Source of the DNA: an uncultured Candidatus Saccharibacteria bacterium
GTDB taxonomy: Bacteria; Patescibacteriota; Minisyncoccia; Phycocordibacterales; UBA1006
Assembly (NCBI GenBank): GCA_964425795.1
Contig: CAYRNU010000001.1
Location: forward strand, 1 to 29,533
DNA: 29,533 nt
Reading direction: 5' to 3'
Part shown: one piece after another, positions 19,873 through 26,892 of the stretch
Position numbering within the stretch: position 1 is the stretch's first letter
Layout of the letters: each line of letters opens with the position of its first letter
Notes under the pieces: generated by a model
Database searches by the model: none
The model's input: only the letters and a program-made list of their open reading frames with translations
Told to the model about the DNA's origin: nothing
Position numbers and translations under genes: made by a program

Positions 19873-20616
19873 TTAAATGTTCATATCTTCATCGCCGTCG
19901 TCATCTCCGACTCGGCTAACTTTAATCCCGTCGTTAGCTGTGATATCGACATCTTGGATATCGACATCTAGAGAGGTAGCTATGTCACTAGCCGGCTCCA
20001 ATCCAACTGCAGGATCAACGTTAATGCTGTCGACTTGGTGAAACGATTCTGAGCTCCAAAAGTTCTGAGTCGTACAACGAAATCTAACCCAACGAGTCCA
20101 GATATTCTCTGTCATCTTAGCATTATCTTTATTATAGTCTGAGGCTGAAAAGGTATGTAATTTCAATCCTAATCTGTGGGCCATCAGTTTATGTTTAAAT
20201 AGAATATAAGCCACCATGTAGTACATCCATAGTACGTGGTCGCCGGCTTTATTAGCGTGGACCCCAATGTCAACCATAGCGGTAAATACACCAGTTCCAG
20301 TTTCACCGTTCTCGTCAAATACTCCAGCATAGTCACCAATAGAGGCTTTAGACTCATCTTCGGTTTCATTAGCTAAGTGAACTGAGATACAAGGAATAAC
20401 TTGAGCATTGAAGCTCCAAGCCTTAACTACAGGTATCTTAGTTGTAGAGAACCATTTCCAGACTTCGTCTAGATATTTCTGACCATAGTCATCATTTAGT
20501 TCATCTTGTTTGAACTGACAAAATAAATCATAGAACTCAGCCTTATTAGAACGCAGTTGTTTAATTCCGTGCTCCAATACTTTCTGTACTACGATCTCAG
20601 GCATTACAAATGACAT
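19873..20616 (-). CDS. Putative tail completion / terminator-like neck protein
   Basis: 247 aa just upstream of the sheath; IPCISVHLANETEDE and TRWVRFRCTTQ pattern; assignment mostly by synteny. Confidence 0.55.
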   Translation of the reverse strand: MSFVMPEIVVQKVLEHGIKQLRSNKAEFYDLFCQFKQDELNDDYGQKYLDEVWKWFSTTKIPVVKAWSFNAQVIPCISVHLANETEDESKASIGDYAGVFDENGETGTGVFTAMVDIGVHANKAGDHVLWMYYMVAYILFKHKLMAHRLGLKLHTFSASDYNKDNAKMTENIWTRWVRFRCTTQNFWSSESFHQVDSINVDPAVGLEPASDIATSLDVDIQDVDITANDGIKVSRVGDDDGDEDMNI

Positions 20617-21026
20617 TAGAAACCACCTTTACTTAGATTATCATTCCACCACAAAGGTTGAAGATTTGTGTAATGGCAGGCTTTCTTTAATTCTTCTGGG
20701 TTAGTTAAATCAAACGCCGATAACGGAACGATATGATCGATATGCCAACCTTTAACGCCTCTATTACTCCAATTCATATCAGGAGTGAATTTAGATTCTA
20801 AGTAGCTTTTGAATTCTTCTATAGAGCAACCTAGGTCACGCACAGCAGATCCATTTTTACAATTAATACTAATAGCCTTGTTTAGGCGATTTCTAAGAAG
20901 ATTACGAAGCTTTTCAGATTCAGTCATAGGATTAAGTCGACGCCACTCTCTTTGCTTGGCATTTACATAGTCACGATTGACTTCTTTCCATTTTTTAGAG
21001 CTTATCTTATTTTTAAGTCTGCTCAT
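20616..21026 (-). CDS. Free-standing HNH homing endonuclease
   Basis: LGCSIEEFKSYLESKF...NWSN.G..GWHIDHIVPLSAFDL...CHYTNLQPLW..DNLSKG is a characteristic HNH family motif; TAATG overlaps with both neighbours. Confidence 0.85.
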   Translation of the reverse strand: MSRLKNKISSKKWKEVNRDYVNAKQREWRRLNPMTESEKLRNLLRNRLNKAISINCKNGSAVRDLGCSIEEFKSYLESKFTPDMNWSNRGVKGWHIDHIVPLSAFDLTNPEELKKACHYTNLQPLWWNDNLSKGGF

Positions 21027-21670
21027 TAAAATCCCTCTTCATAGCTACGAATGATCCTATAGATGACATCATCGTGGGACTCCGCTAAGAGGTTATTAAT
21101 CTCTTTTAAGTCTTCAGTGAAGTCTTTTTCTTTAGCAGGCTGAACCCATTGTGTAGCGCGGTTCTGCTTACTAGTAGCCGTTCTGAATTCAACCTTTGAA
21201 CCCTTTGGCTTTACCTTATTATACTGAGCTAACGCTGTAGCATACCTTTCGGCTGCAATAGCTTTCTGAGCATCAAATATATTGTTCTGGATAGGTGGAC
21301 GCTTTTGACCACCATCCCCACCAACTGGAATAATCTTATAAACCCCTGAACCATCGTTCATTGGCTTAGCTCCCTTAGCTAAAAGTCTATCTAGCATAGG
21401 CATTGGTGGCTCACTGAAATCAGTGATACCAGAGTCCGTATCTAATACGAATGCGTCTGGTCTAGGACGTAAGGAGTTAATGAAGTCAGAAGAGTCTTTT
21501 TGAACACCCGACTGAACTGCCATTTCCATACCTGAGTCCATGATCTCTCTTAAGGCAAGAGAAATCTCAGTCTCGGCTTTAGAGGCGATTTCTTCTACGA
21601 ATTCTTCCTCTATGCCTTTGGCGCGCAATACGTCTTTAAGTCTATTAAGTTCTAAGAATATATTAAGCAT
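21026..21670 (-). CDS. Hypothetical neck/head-tail region protein
   Basis: 214-aa ORF coupled to its neighbours within the head-tail joining block; no family recognised with certainty. Confidence 0.6.
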   Translation of the reverse strand: MLNIFLELNRLKDVLRAKGIEEEFVEEIASKAETEISLALREIMDSGMEMAVQSGVQKDSSDFINSLRPRPDAFVLDTDSGITDFSEPPMPMLDRLLAKGAKPMNDGSGVYKIIPVGGDGGQKRPPIQNNIFDAQKAIAAERYATALAQYNKVKPKGSKVEFRTATSKQNRATQWVQPAKEKDFTEDLKEINNLLAESHDDVIYRIIRSYEEGF

Positions 21671-23192
21671 CTGTCTTCTCGCGCTTTACAACTTTAGCAC
21701 GCATGTCGTGCAAGAAGTTTTGTTTCTCAAGATCAGTCCAGTCTGAACCGAAAGAGATCTTGATTGTTCCGTTAGGAGAGATCTCAACTTGAGGGCGCGG
21801 AAGATAAGGGTAGTGCTCATCATGAATGCGGGCATGGTTAGGTTTGCCAGCAGTAACAGCAGTTACCGTCTCAGGCTTCTTTCCCATGATATCGATCTTA
21901 TTTGCAAGGTCTCTTAATTTAGCCTCAAGTTCATCAATCTCTTTTCCTGCCATATCGGCAAGTTCATTGTGCTTACTAGAAACAGTGTGAATCGTATCTT
22001 CAAGCTTATCAAACAGCTTCATAATACGAGCTTCGACTTGTTGTAAGTCGATAGCAGCACCGTTGCGAATTTGCTCACGAATTGTTTCCATCTCTTGATA
22101 GATGTTTCCAATATTGTGGCGCTTATAATTCTCGATAAGAGTTTGCACTCCACCGTGTAATACATCATCTTCGATTGCGTCATCATGAATATCATTCATG
22201 AAGTCTTCATCTTCAGGCAAATACCATTCGAAAACAGACATCAGAGCTGCAGTAGTCTCAGGAAGTGATTTATTAGTCCATTGATAGATCATCTTGTGAC
22301 CATCTTCAACGCGACCAGAATAAACATCATTCATGTGTTTACGAATAGAAATCTTGTAAGTATCTAAATGAATATCTTTAAAGTCTTCGTCTTTCATGTC
22401 CTTAACTTCTTCACGAAGTTTACGGAACATTCCATTACCAACTAAACGAAGTGCATCACCATGAGTAACTTCAAGAACTGCATCGCTTTTTTGACGAATA
22501 ACGTTCTTCTCAAGTTTCTCTAATGCGATCATACCAGTAAGTGATTTGCCAAGTTTTTGGCGAACGAATTGCTCTAAAGGTTTATGGCAACAATCACGTA
22601 GATCGTCCCAAGGAATGTCATCGACATCAAACCATTTAGGATCTTTTAATTCATCAGTAGATTTAGGTTCACCAGTGAAGCTTTCAATAAGAAACACATC
22701 GCAGTGATTACCATTTAACTTACCAGACCAAATCTTTTGTGGATTACGTCCAGTAATTCCCATCTCTTCTTTTAACTCACGAAGAGCACAGATAGATTTG
22801 TCACCATCAGCCATATCCATGTGACCACCAGCGAATGCCATGCCGCCAGTGCTGTGACGACCTAACAAGATTCTGTTGTTGTCATCCATTACTAATGCTG
22901 CAGCTGCGTGACCTTCATAGTGATCTTCAAAAGACTTCTTAAGTTCCTTTTTAGACTTCTTACGCTTGTGACGTTCTTCTTTAACTTTTTCTTTAGCTTT
23001 TGCGTGGTGATGTTCAGACCATGAACCTCCACGATTTTCACCGTGTTGTTCAGGGGCATCTTTTCCAGGGGCTGAGTACTTCGCTGCAACCGATTTAGGA
23101 GGCGTGCCACGTCCACCTTTGGATGCGTCTGCTTTGCCATGTAAAATGGCTTGCATTAAGCGATATTGTTTTCTAGATACAGCTTGTGGCAT
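21663..23192 (-). CDS. Nudix hydrolase domain-containing protein with basic N-terminus and C-terminal coiled coil (probable virion/internal protein)
   Basis: Nudix box variant AGGHMDMADGDKSICALRELKEEMGI, preceded by AAAALVMDDNNRILLGRH; heptad region FDKLEDTI...LEAKLRDLANKID. Confidence 0.8.
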   Translation of the reverse strand: MPQAVSRKQYRLMQAILHGKADASKGGRGTPPKSVAAKYSAPGKDAPEQHGENRGGSWSEHHHAKAKEKVKEERHKRKKSKKELKKSFEDHYEGHAAAALVMDDNNRILLGRHSTGGMAFAGGHMDMADGDKSICALRELKEEMGITGRNPQKIWSGKLNGNHCDVFLIESFTGEPKSTDELKDPKWFDVDDIPWDDLRDCCHKPLEQFVRQKLGKSLTGMIALEKLEKNVIRQKSDAVLEVTHGDALRLVGNGMFRKLREEVKDMKDEDFKDIHLDTYKISIRKHMNDVYSGRVEDGHKMIYQWTNKSLPETTAALMSVFEWYLPEDEDFMNDIHDDAIEDDVLHGGVQTLIENYKRHNIGNIYQEMETIREQIRNGAAIDLQQVEARIMKLFDKLEDTIHTVSSKHNELADMAGKEIDELEAKLRDLANKIDIMGKKPETVTAVTAGKPNHARIHDEHYPYLPRPQVEISPNGTIKISFGSDWTDLEKQNFLHDMRAKVVKREKTDA

Positions 23193-23225
23193 AGATCAAT
23201 AAGCTCCCAGTGATTCGATAGGATC

Positions 23226-23234
23226 ATTATAACT
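23226..23234 (-). promoter_or_regulatory. -10 element AGTTATAAT upstream of the Nudix gene
   Basis: Followed by a leader containing SD GGGAG before ATG 23192. Confidence 0.5.
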
Positions 23235-23250
23235 CATTATGGAGGTTAAC

Positions 23251-24075
23251 TTAAGTGACAACAGGATCAACGATCTTCTCGCCAGACCCCACCATGAAAT
23301 CACGGCGCACTAGTATTTGTTGAGGTAACCTACGGGCTGTTTTTACTCCACCCACTAATTCCTGTGTTATTCTAAGTTCTCTAAGTGACTGTAAAACTAC
23401 ATATACTGGGTTAGCAAAGTAAGCCCAGCCTATAACTTCACCACGCTCAAGAGCTGCATCATAAGATGGTTCTTTTCCAGGGATCCATTCAATACCGCCA
23501 TCAGCTGTAACATTAAAGTCTACGCCAGGCATATAGAACTTTTGAACCCCATCAGTTATTGATGAGGCATACTCTACTTTCTGAACTGGATATCTCAGGT
23601 CTTGAATTCCACCTGGACGAGGTTCATAACCTTTTAGTTCCCATAAGCGAACAGTAAAGTCAGGCATTTCAAGTTTATCATAAGTGTTGAAGTCAGCTTG
23701 AGTGCCATCTGGATATTCAGTAGGAAATGTAACAACTGCTGTTCCTGTTTCCCAAACACCGTGAGCTTCGAAAGTTTTCTCAATTGAGTTACCTTGGAAA
23801 ATACCATAGCACTCTTTGCTCTCGTAATAGATCAAACCAGAATCATCACAAAATGGACAATCAGGTTGATGAGCTTGAAATGTAGTGCTTTCTACGTTCA
23901 TGCAAGGAATTGCTTTGTGATGGATGAAGCGAATACCACGTTGATTTAATAGCTGATCAAAGCTAATACCTTTAATCGAAGGATCTGGTAAGTACATCGG
24001 CATTGGCGACGGACTTGTCGTTGGCGACGTTGGTGGTGGGTTCGGAAACTGTTTATTTGGCTTATCCATACTCAT
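23251..24075 (-). CDS. Head-closure (stopper)-type virion protein, Herelleviridae-like
   Basis: LLNQRGIRFIHHKAIPC...PDCPFCDDSGLIY resembles the RGI..LW..A..CPC...DCP.C.G.G motif of Twort-like head-completion proteins. Start moved to MSMDK (24075), 9 nt after GGTATAAT. Confidence 0.65.
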   Translation of the reverse strand: MSMDKPNKQFPNPPPTSPTTSPSPMPMYLPDPSIKGISFDQLLNQRGIRFIHHKAIPCMNVESTTFQAHQPDCPFCDDSGLIYYESKECYGIFQGNSIEKTFEAHGVWETGTAVVTFPTEYPDGTQADFNTYDKLEMPDFTVRLWELKGYEPRPGGIQDLRYPVQKVEYASSITDGVQKFYMPGVDFNVTADGGIEWIPGKEPSYDAALERGEVIGWAYFANPVYVVLQSLRELRITQELVGGVKTARRLPQQILVRRDFMVGSGEKIVDPVVT

Positions 24076-24084
24076 AATGACTTT

Positions 24085-24138
24085 ATTATACCTGATTAGC
24101 GATTGAAATGGGTCTAGGCTCAATTATCCTGTTATAAT
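24085..24138. promoter_or_regulatory. Divergent promoter pair (GGTATAAT minus, 24085-24092; TGTTATAAT plus, 24130-24138)
   Basis: Back-to-back -10 elements at the strand switch. Confidence 0.55.
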
Positions 24139-24172
24139 GATTGTAGACTTAATCTGAAACAAATGGGATGTA

Positions 24173-24430
24173 ATGGGTATTTTGAATAAAATCATCGAAG
24201 AAGACGGATCCTGCACTCTTTGGGCTAGCCCATCTATTTGTGCTCAATGTCCATTAAGTAAATTAAAACAGAAACCTGATGGTACGTATCTGAGTTGTGT
24301 TGAAGCACTAGGTGTTGACAATATGACAGAGGAAGAGGCTGATGCTCGATATAAAGAGGTCGCAAGTCGCATACTGTTAGATGAGGCTATCGACGATATC
24401 CTTGGAGAGTCAGATGGCTCTCAGCAATAA
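24173..24430 (+). CDS. Small Cys-rich protein (paralog A)
   Basis: ILNKIIEEDGSC...ICAQCPL...SC; related to the next ORF. Confidence 0.7.
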   Translation: MGILNKIIEEDGSCTLWASPSICAQCPLSKLKQKPDGTYLSCVEALGVDNMTEEEADARYKEVASRILLDEAIDDILGESDGSQQ

Positions 24431-24656
24431 TGATGCTAATATTCTAGAACAAATAGTTCAATTAGAGGGAAAGTGCATGGATTCCCAGAGGTGTAAATTA
24501 TGTCCGTTCCGTGTAATGTGTCTACCAGAATTCATAAATCCAAATCCGCCAAGTCCAGAACAGCGAATGAAGATGTCGCTCGACGTACTTGCTCATCATG
24601 CTCTTGTGGACGATCTCCCCTTGGAAGCGACCGAATACAAATGGGACAAAAAGTAA
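24414..24656 (+). CDS. Small Cys-rich protein (paralog B)
   Basis: SD GGAG then ATG 24414; ILEQIVQLEGKCMDSQRCKLCPFRVMC. Confidence 0.7.
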   Translation: MALSNNDANILEQIVQLEGKCMDSQRCKLCPFRVMCLPEFINPNPPSPEQRMKMSLDVLAHHALVDDLPLEATEYKWDKK

Positions 24657-24757
24657 GCGACGTCTTATTCTTAAAAGAAAAGCAAGATCGCGCCAAGTAT
24701 AATCTTCTTATGGTATTAGTAAAACTAAAACTAAGAAGCTTTTATGACGAACGATAA
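24641..24757 (+). CDS. Micro-protein, helix-motif family (KYNLLMVLVKLKL)
   Basis: 38 aa from ATG 24641; fills the gap between 24656 and 24744 with overlaps. Confidence 0.5.
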   Translation: MGQKVSDVLFLKEKQDRAKYNLLMVLVKLKLRSFYDER

Positions 24758-24959
24758 AGATGAAATCCAAAGAATCTTGGCTAAACTAGCTGAGGTACCA
24801 GTAGAAGAATTAGGTCTTATTGAGGGTCGCTATTGCGGACCATCTAATAGATTTTTATGCGAAAATAGATTTCACTGTTCTCCAAAACAACTTAAAAAAG
24901 TTTTAGATCAGTACATTACTAATAGAGCATTTGAAGAAATCATTCTAAATACCAAGTAA
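24744..24959 (+). CDS. Small Cys-containing protein (possible paralog C)
   Basis: IQRILAKLAE...C...LC...HC...AFEEII echoes paralogs A and B. Confidence 0.6.
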   Translation: MTNDKDEIQRILAKLAEVPVEELGLIEGRYCGPSNRFLCENRFHCSPKQLKKVLDQYITNRAFEEIILNTK

Positions 24960-24961
24960 TC

Positions 24962-24970
24962 TGTTATAAT
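24962..24970 (+). promoter_or_regulatory. Extended -10 TGTTATAAT
   Basis: Immediately after stop 24959; a GGAGG SD follows at about 24998-25002. Confidence 0.5.
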
Positions 24971-25007
24971 AGAGATACCAACCTTGATCCTAACATAGGA
25001 GGCGAAC

Positions 25008-25259
25008 ATGACTAAACTCAGTCAACTTACACAGTTCGCTTCTCTGTGCTCAAATAATATTCACAAAGGAAGTACTTATGGAAAAGCGTCAACCACGCCA
25101 GGTCCAAATTCAATTCAATTCAGCACAAGAGGCTATCAATCTCTATATGCAAATCGAATTAAAGCACTTTCTGGCCAGATTACTATATTCCCACTATACT
25201 GGCAGAGTATAATAGTAGGTAATGAGCCACAAGACTTGGGAACCACACGAAATCACTAA
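25008..25259 (+). CDS. Hypothetical ORF (uncertain; overlaps two motif-family ORFs)
   Basis: Strong GGAGG RBS, but it fully overlaps 25078-25212 in another frame. Confidence 0.3.
   Translation: MTKLSQLTQFASLCSNNIHKGSTYGKASTTPGPNSIQFSTRGYQSLYANRIKALSGQITIFPLYWQSIIVGNEPQDLGTTRNH
25078..25212 (+). CDS. Micro-protein, helix-motif family (ELKHFLARLLYSHY)
   Basis: MEKRQPRQVQIQFNSAQEAINLYMQIELKHFLARLLYSHYTGRV, 44 aa; RBS AAGGAAG. Confidence 0.6.
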   Translation: MEKRQPRQVQIQFNSAQEAINLYMQIELKHFLARLLYSHYTGRV

Positions 25260-25401
25260 GACAGATAGTAAGATGAAATTCTTCTATTTCCTGCGTGATT
25301 TAGGTATCAAGTCAGCTCAAGAGCCTGCTCAAATTACTTGGAAACGTCACATAGAAATATTAACTCATCTCTATAACGGAGCTTGGCATGAGGTTTCATA
25401 G
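25222..25401 (+). CDS. Micro-protein, helix-motif family (KFFYFLRDLGIKSA)
   Basis: 59 aa from ATG 25222 (or 42 aa from 25273); TATAAT at 25208-25213. Confidence 0.7.
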   Translation: MSHKTWEPHEITKTDSKMKFFYFLRDLGIKSAQEPAQITWKRHIEILTHLYNGAWHEVS

Positions 25402-25636
25402 ACTCACTGCCGACCAAATTAGTTCTGTACATAGACTCTATAATTTTCTAAGAAAGATGAAAGTTATTGGGATAGTTAATACAGTGACTGAGCAAGTAAG
25501 GTATACAGAGAGTGGTAAGCCGCTGCGCTACAATCTTAAATTTGTTTCTTATGATGGTTCAATGAAGGGTAAGCTTACTCCTGAGGAAAAGCTATCTGTT
25601 TATTTTAAATCACTTAGTCTTGTATTCGACGGTTAA
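25388..25636 (+). CDS. Micro-protein, helix-motif family (RLYNFLRKMKVIG)
   Basis: 82 aa, overlaps the previous ORF; possible weak hub-like segment after the motif. Confidence 0.7.
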   Translation: MRFHRLTADQISSVHRLYNFLRKMKVIGIVNTVTEQVRYTESGKPLRYNLKFVSYDGSMKGKLTPEEKLSVYFKSLSLVFDG

Positions 25637-25777
25637 GCGACAGCCTTCCATCCAACGCGCACCAAGATGTACGCGATCAAATCCAATACCTAATTTCATC
25701 AGTAGATAAAATAGAGGATACTTAGCGAACGGCTCACCGTTCTCGTCATCGAAGTCATATTGCCAAGTGATGCCCAT
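25610..25777 (-). CDS. Micro-protein, helix-motif family (PLFYLLMKLGIG)
   Basis: MGITWQYDFDDENGEPFAKYPLFYLLMKLGIGFDRVHLGARWMEGCRLTVEYKTK, 55 aa; TAATG-coupled to the upstream ORF. Confidence 0.65.
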   Translation of the reverse strand: MGITWQYDFDDENGEPFAKYPLFYLLMKLGIGFDRVHLGARWMEGCRLTVEYKTK

Positions 25778-25950
25778 TAGGCAGACTCCGTTATCCAGTG
25801 CGGTTTAACGTAAATTTCTTTTCCTGTCTTAGGAAGAGTGTACTTAATAGAACCCATGATACCTTCTGTTGCGCTAGCTTTAATAAGCTTCATCAACATC
25901 ATTTGCATTTTAGATCTTGGATCCATTTTTCTAGTGTAATATCTACTCAT
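25777..25950 (-). CDS. Micro-protein, helix-motif family (KMQMMLMKLIK)
   Basis: MSRYYTRKMDPRSKMQMMLMKLIKASATEG..., 57 aa; ATGA-coupled to the upstream ORF. Confidence 0.6.
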   Translation of the reverse strand: MSRYYTRKMDPRSKMQMMLMKLIKASATEGIMGSIKYTLPKTGKEIYVKPHWITESA

Positions 25951-26135
25951 ATTCTACTATCCGCCACCATTACGTGTATTCGTCCGTCATTGCCGAACCA
26001 GTAGATTGTACCGTCTTTATAAAATCCACCTTCGATACCATTGCTGATCGTCTTATATTTCAATAGCTTCATGGCAAGAAACATTACGTTGCGAACAGGG
26101 AATCTAGGATAGATAGTCCAGTCTGGTCGATTCAC
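25947..26135 (-). CDS. Micro-protein, helix-motif family (RNVMFLAMKLLK)
   Basis: 62 aa; ATGA overlaps on both sides. Confidence 0.6.
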   Translation of the reverse strand: MNRPDWTIYPRFPVRNVMFLAMKLLKYKTISNGIEGGFYKDGTIYWFGNDGRIHVMVADSRI

Positions 26136-26365
26136 GGATAATTAGTAAGCGTTCTGAAGACGCTCTCCCACGGGAATTTAACAAATCGCTTATCTAGTCT
26201 ACATAAAACATATAAGAGTTTTTGGCGATGCAAGTCGCCTTCGATCATGTGAAGGTATGCTTTAAAAACAGAACCTTTTTCTAAGTCTTGGATAGGCGTA
26301 GATGAAACCATCCCCGCTATCATCGCGTCAAGAATTTCTTTGTACGTCTTTGGTGAAGAGCTCAC
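26132..26365 (-). CDS. Micro-protein: baseplate-J N-terminal mimic + helix motif
   Basis: GTG start 26365 after GGAAGG. KTYKEILDAMIAGMVSSTPIQDLEKGSV matches KSFNQILGDMIRKIIAETPLNDLNAGSV at 12/28, ungapped; then QKLLYVLCRLD. Confidence 0.75.
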   Translation of the reverse strand: MSSSPKTYKEILDAMIAGMVSSTPIQDLEKGSVFKAYLHMIEGDLHRQKLLYVLCRLDKRFVKFPWESVFRTLTNYP

Positions 26366-26409
26366 GAATATACCTTCCAACTGTAACGAACGCGACGTAC
26401 CAAGCTAAA

Positions 26410-26643
26410 CTAAGTATTAGACCCATCAGAGCCATCGCTATCAACAGTCTCGATAGGGATTGCTGTAATACCAGCATCAAAGCTTGCGTCTTTTGCATAA
26501 GCGACGTCTTGTCCATTTATCTTTAACCTCAAAAGTCTTCCTCTTAAGATGGAAGGCTTGTTATTTATTATAGCGCTTTTAATCCCCAATTTCTTGAGGA
26601 AGAATAAGAACTTTCTGTATTCCCAAGTGTCCCATTGAATCAT
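26410..26643 (-). CDS. Micro-protein: helix motif + tail-tube N-terminal mimic
   Basis: RKFLFFLKKLGIKSA, then KPSILRGRLLRLKINGQDVAYAKDASFDAGITAIPIET, 16/38 identical and ungapped to tube paralog 1. Confidence 0.8.
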   Translation of the reverse strand: MIQWDTWEYRKFLFFLKKLGIKSAIINNKPSILRGRLLRLKINGQDVAYAKDASFDAGITAIPIETVDSDGSDGSNT

Positions 26644-26822
26644 AATTTTGGTCCTGGCATTCTTCGCTTAAGTGTATATCCTCGTGGAAAACCTGCAGAT
26701 TTAATATCTAACTTTCTCAATAAAAACTTTAAATCCCTAATAGATTGTTGTTCTACAGTGAGTCCACCATAGTTACCTGGTACTCGCAGCGTAACCCCAC
26801 CAAATATTCTAGTTATAGCCAT
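26640..26822 (-). CDS. Micro-protein: tail-sheath N-terminal mimic + helix motif
   Basis: SD GGAG then ATG 26822. MAITRIFGGVTLRVPGNY vs sheath MAINVSFNGATIFKPGAY, 9/18 identical; then RDLKFLLRKLDIKSA. Confidence 0.78.
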   Translation of the reverse strand: MAITRIFGGVTLRVPGNYGGLTVEQQSIRDLKFLLRKLDIKSAGFPRGYTLKRRMPGPKL

Positions 26823-26892
26823 ACGTTCTCCGTCCCGCATTGAGAATTCGGCGGGGGCCCCTCAGATGCAATATACTGAGTTAGAGCATAGT

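Noticed and set aside
20616-21026. Group I intron around the HNH gene
   Set aside because: The HNH abuts both neighbours with 1-nt overlaps, leaving no space for intron core elements.
7288-23140. Other short ORF-track entries nested in or antisense to structural genes
   Set aside because: They lie within long, well-supported genes and have no RBS or motif support.
1-24075. Interpretation as a bacterial eCIS or tailocin locus
   Set aside because: A head-closure gene, a homing endonuclease and a dense micro-ORF region point to a phage; no AAA ATPase or host flanking genes are in the window.
26328-26516. 62-aa ORF with a hydrophobic stretch
   Set aside because: It overlaps both the tube-mimic and J-mimic ORFs in another frame; those have better homology and coupling support.
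26841-26890. Small inverted repeats (CTCAG...CTGAG, GGGGGCCCC) between micro-ORFs
   Set aside because: The stems are too short and lack a U-tract, so a terminator or operator cannot be supported.
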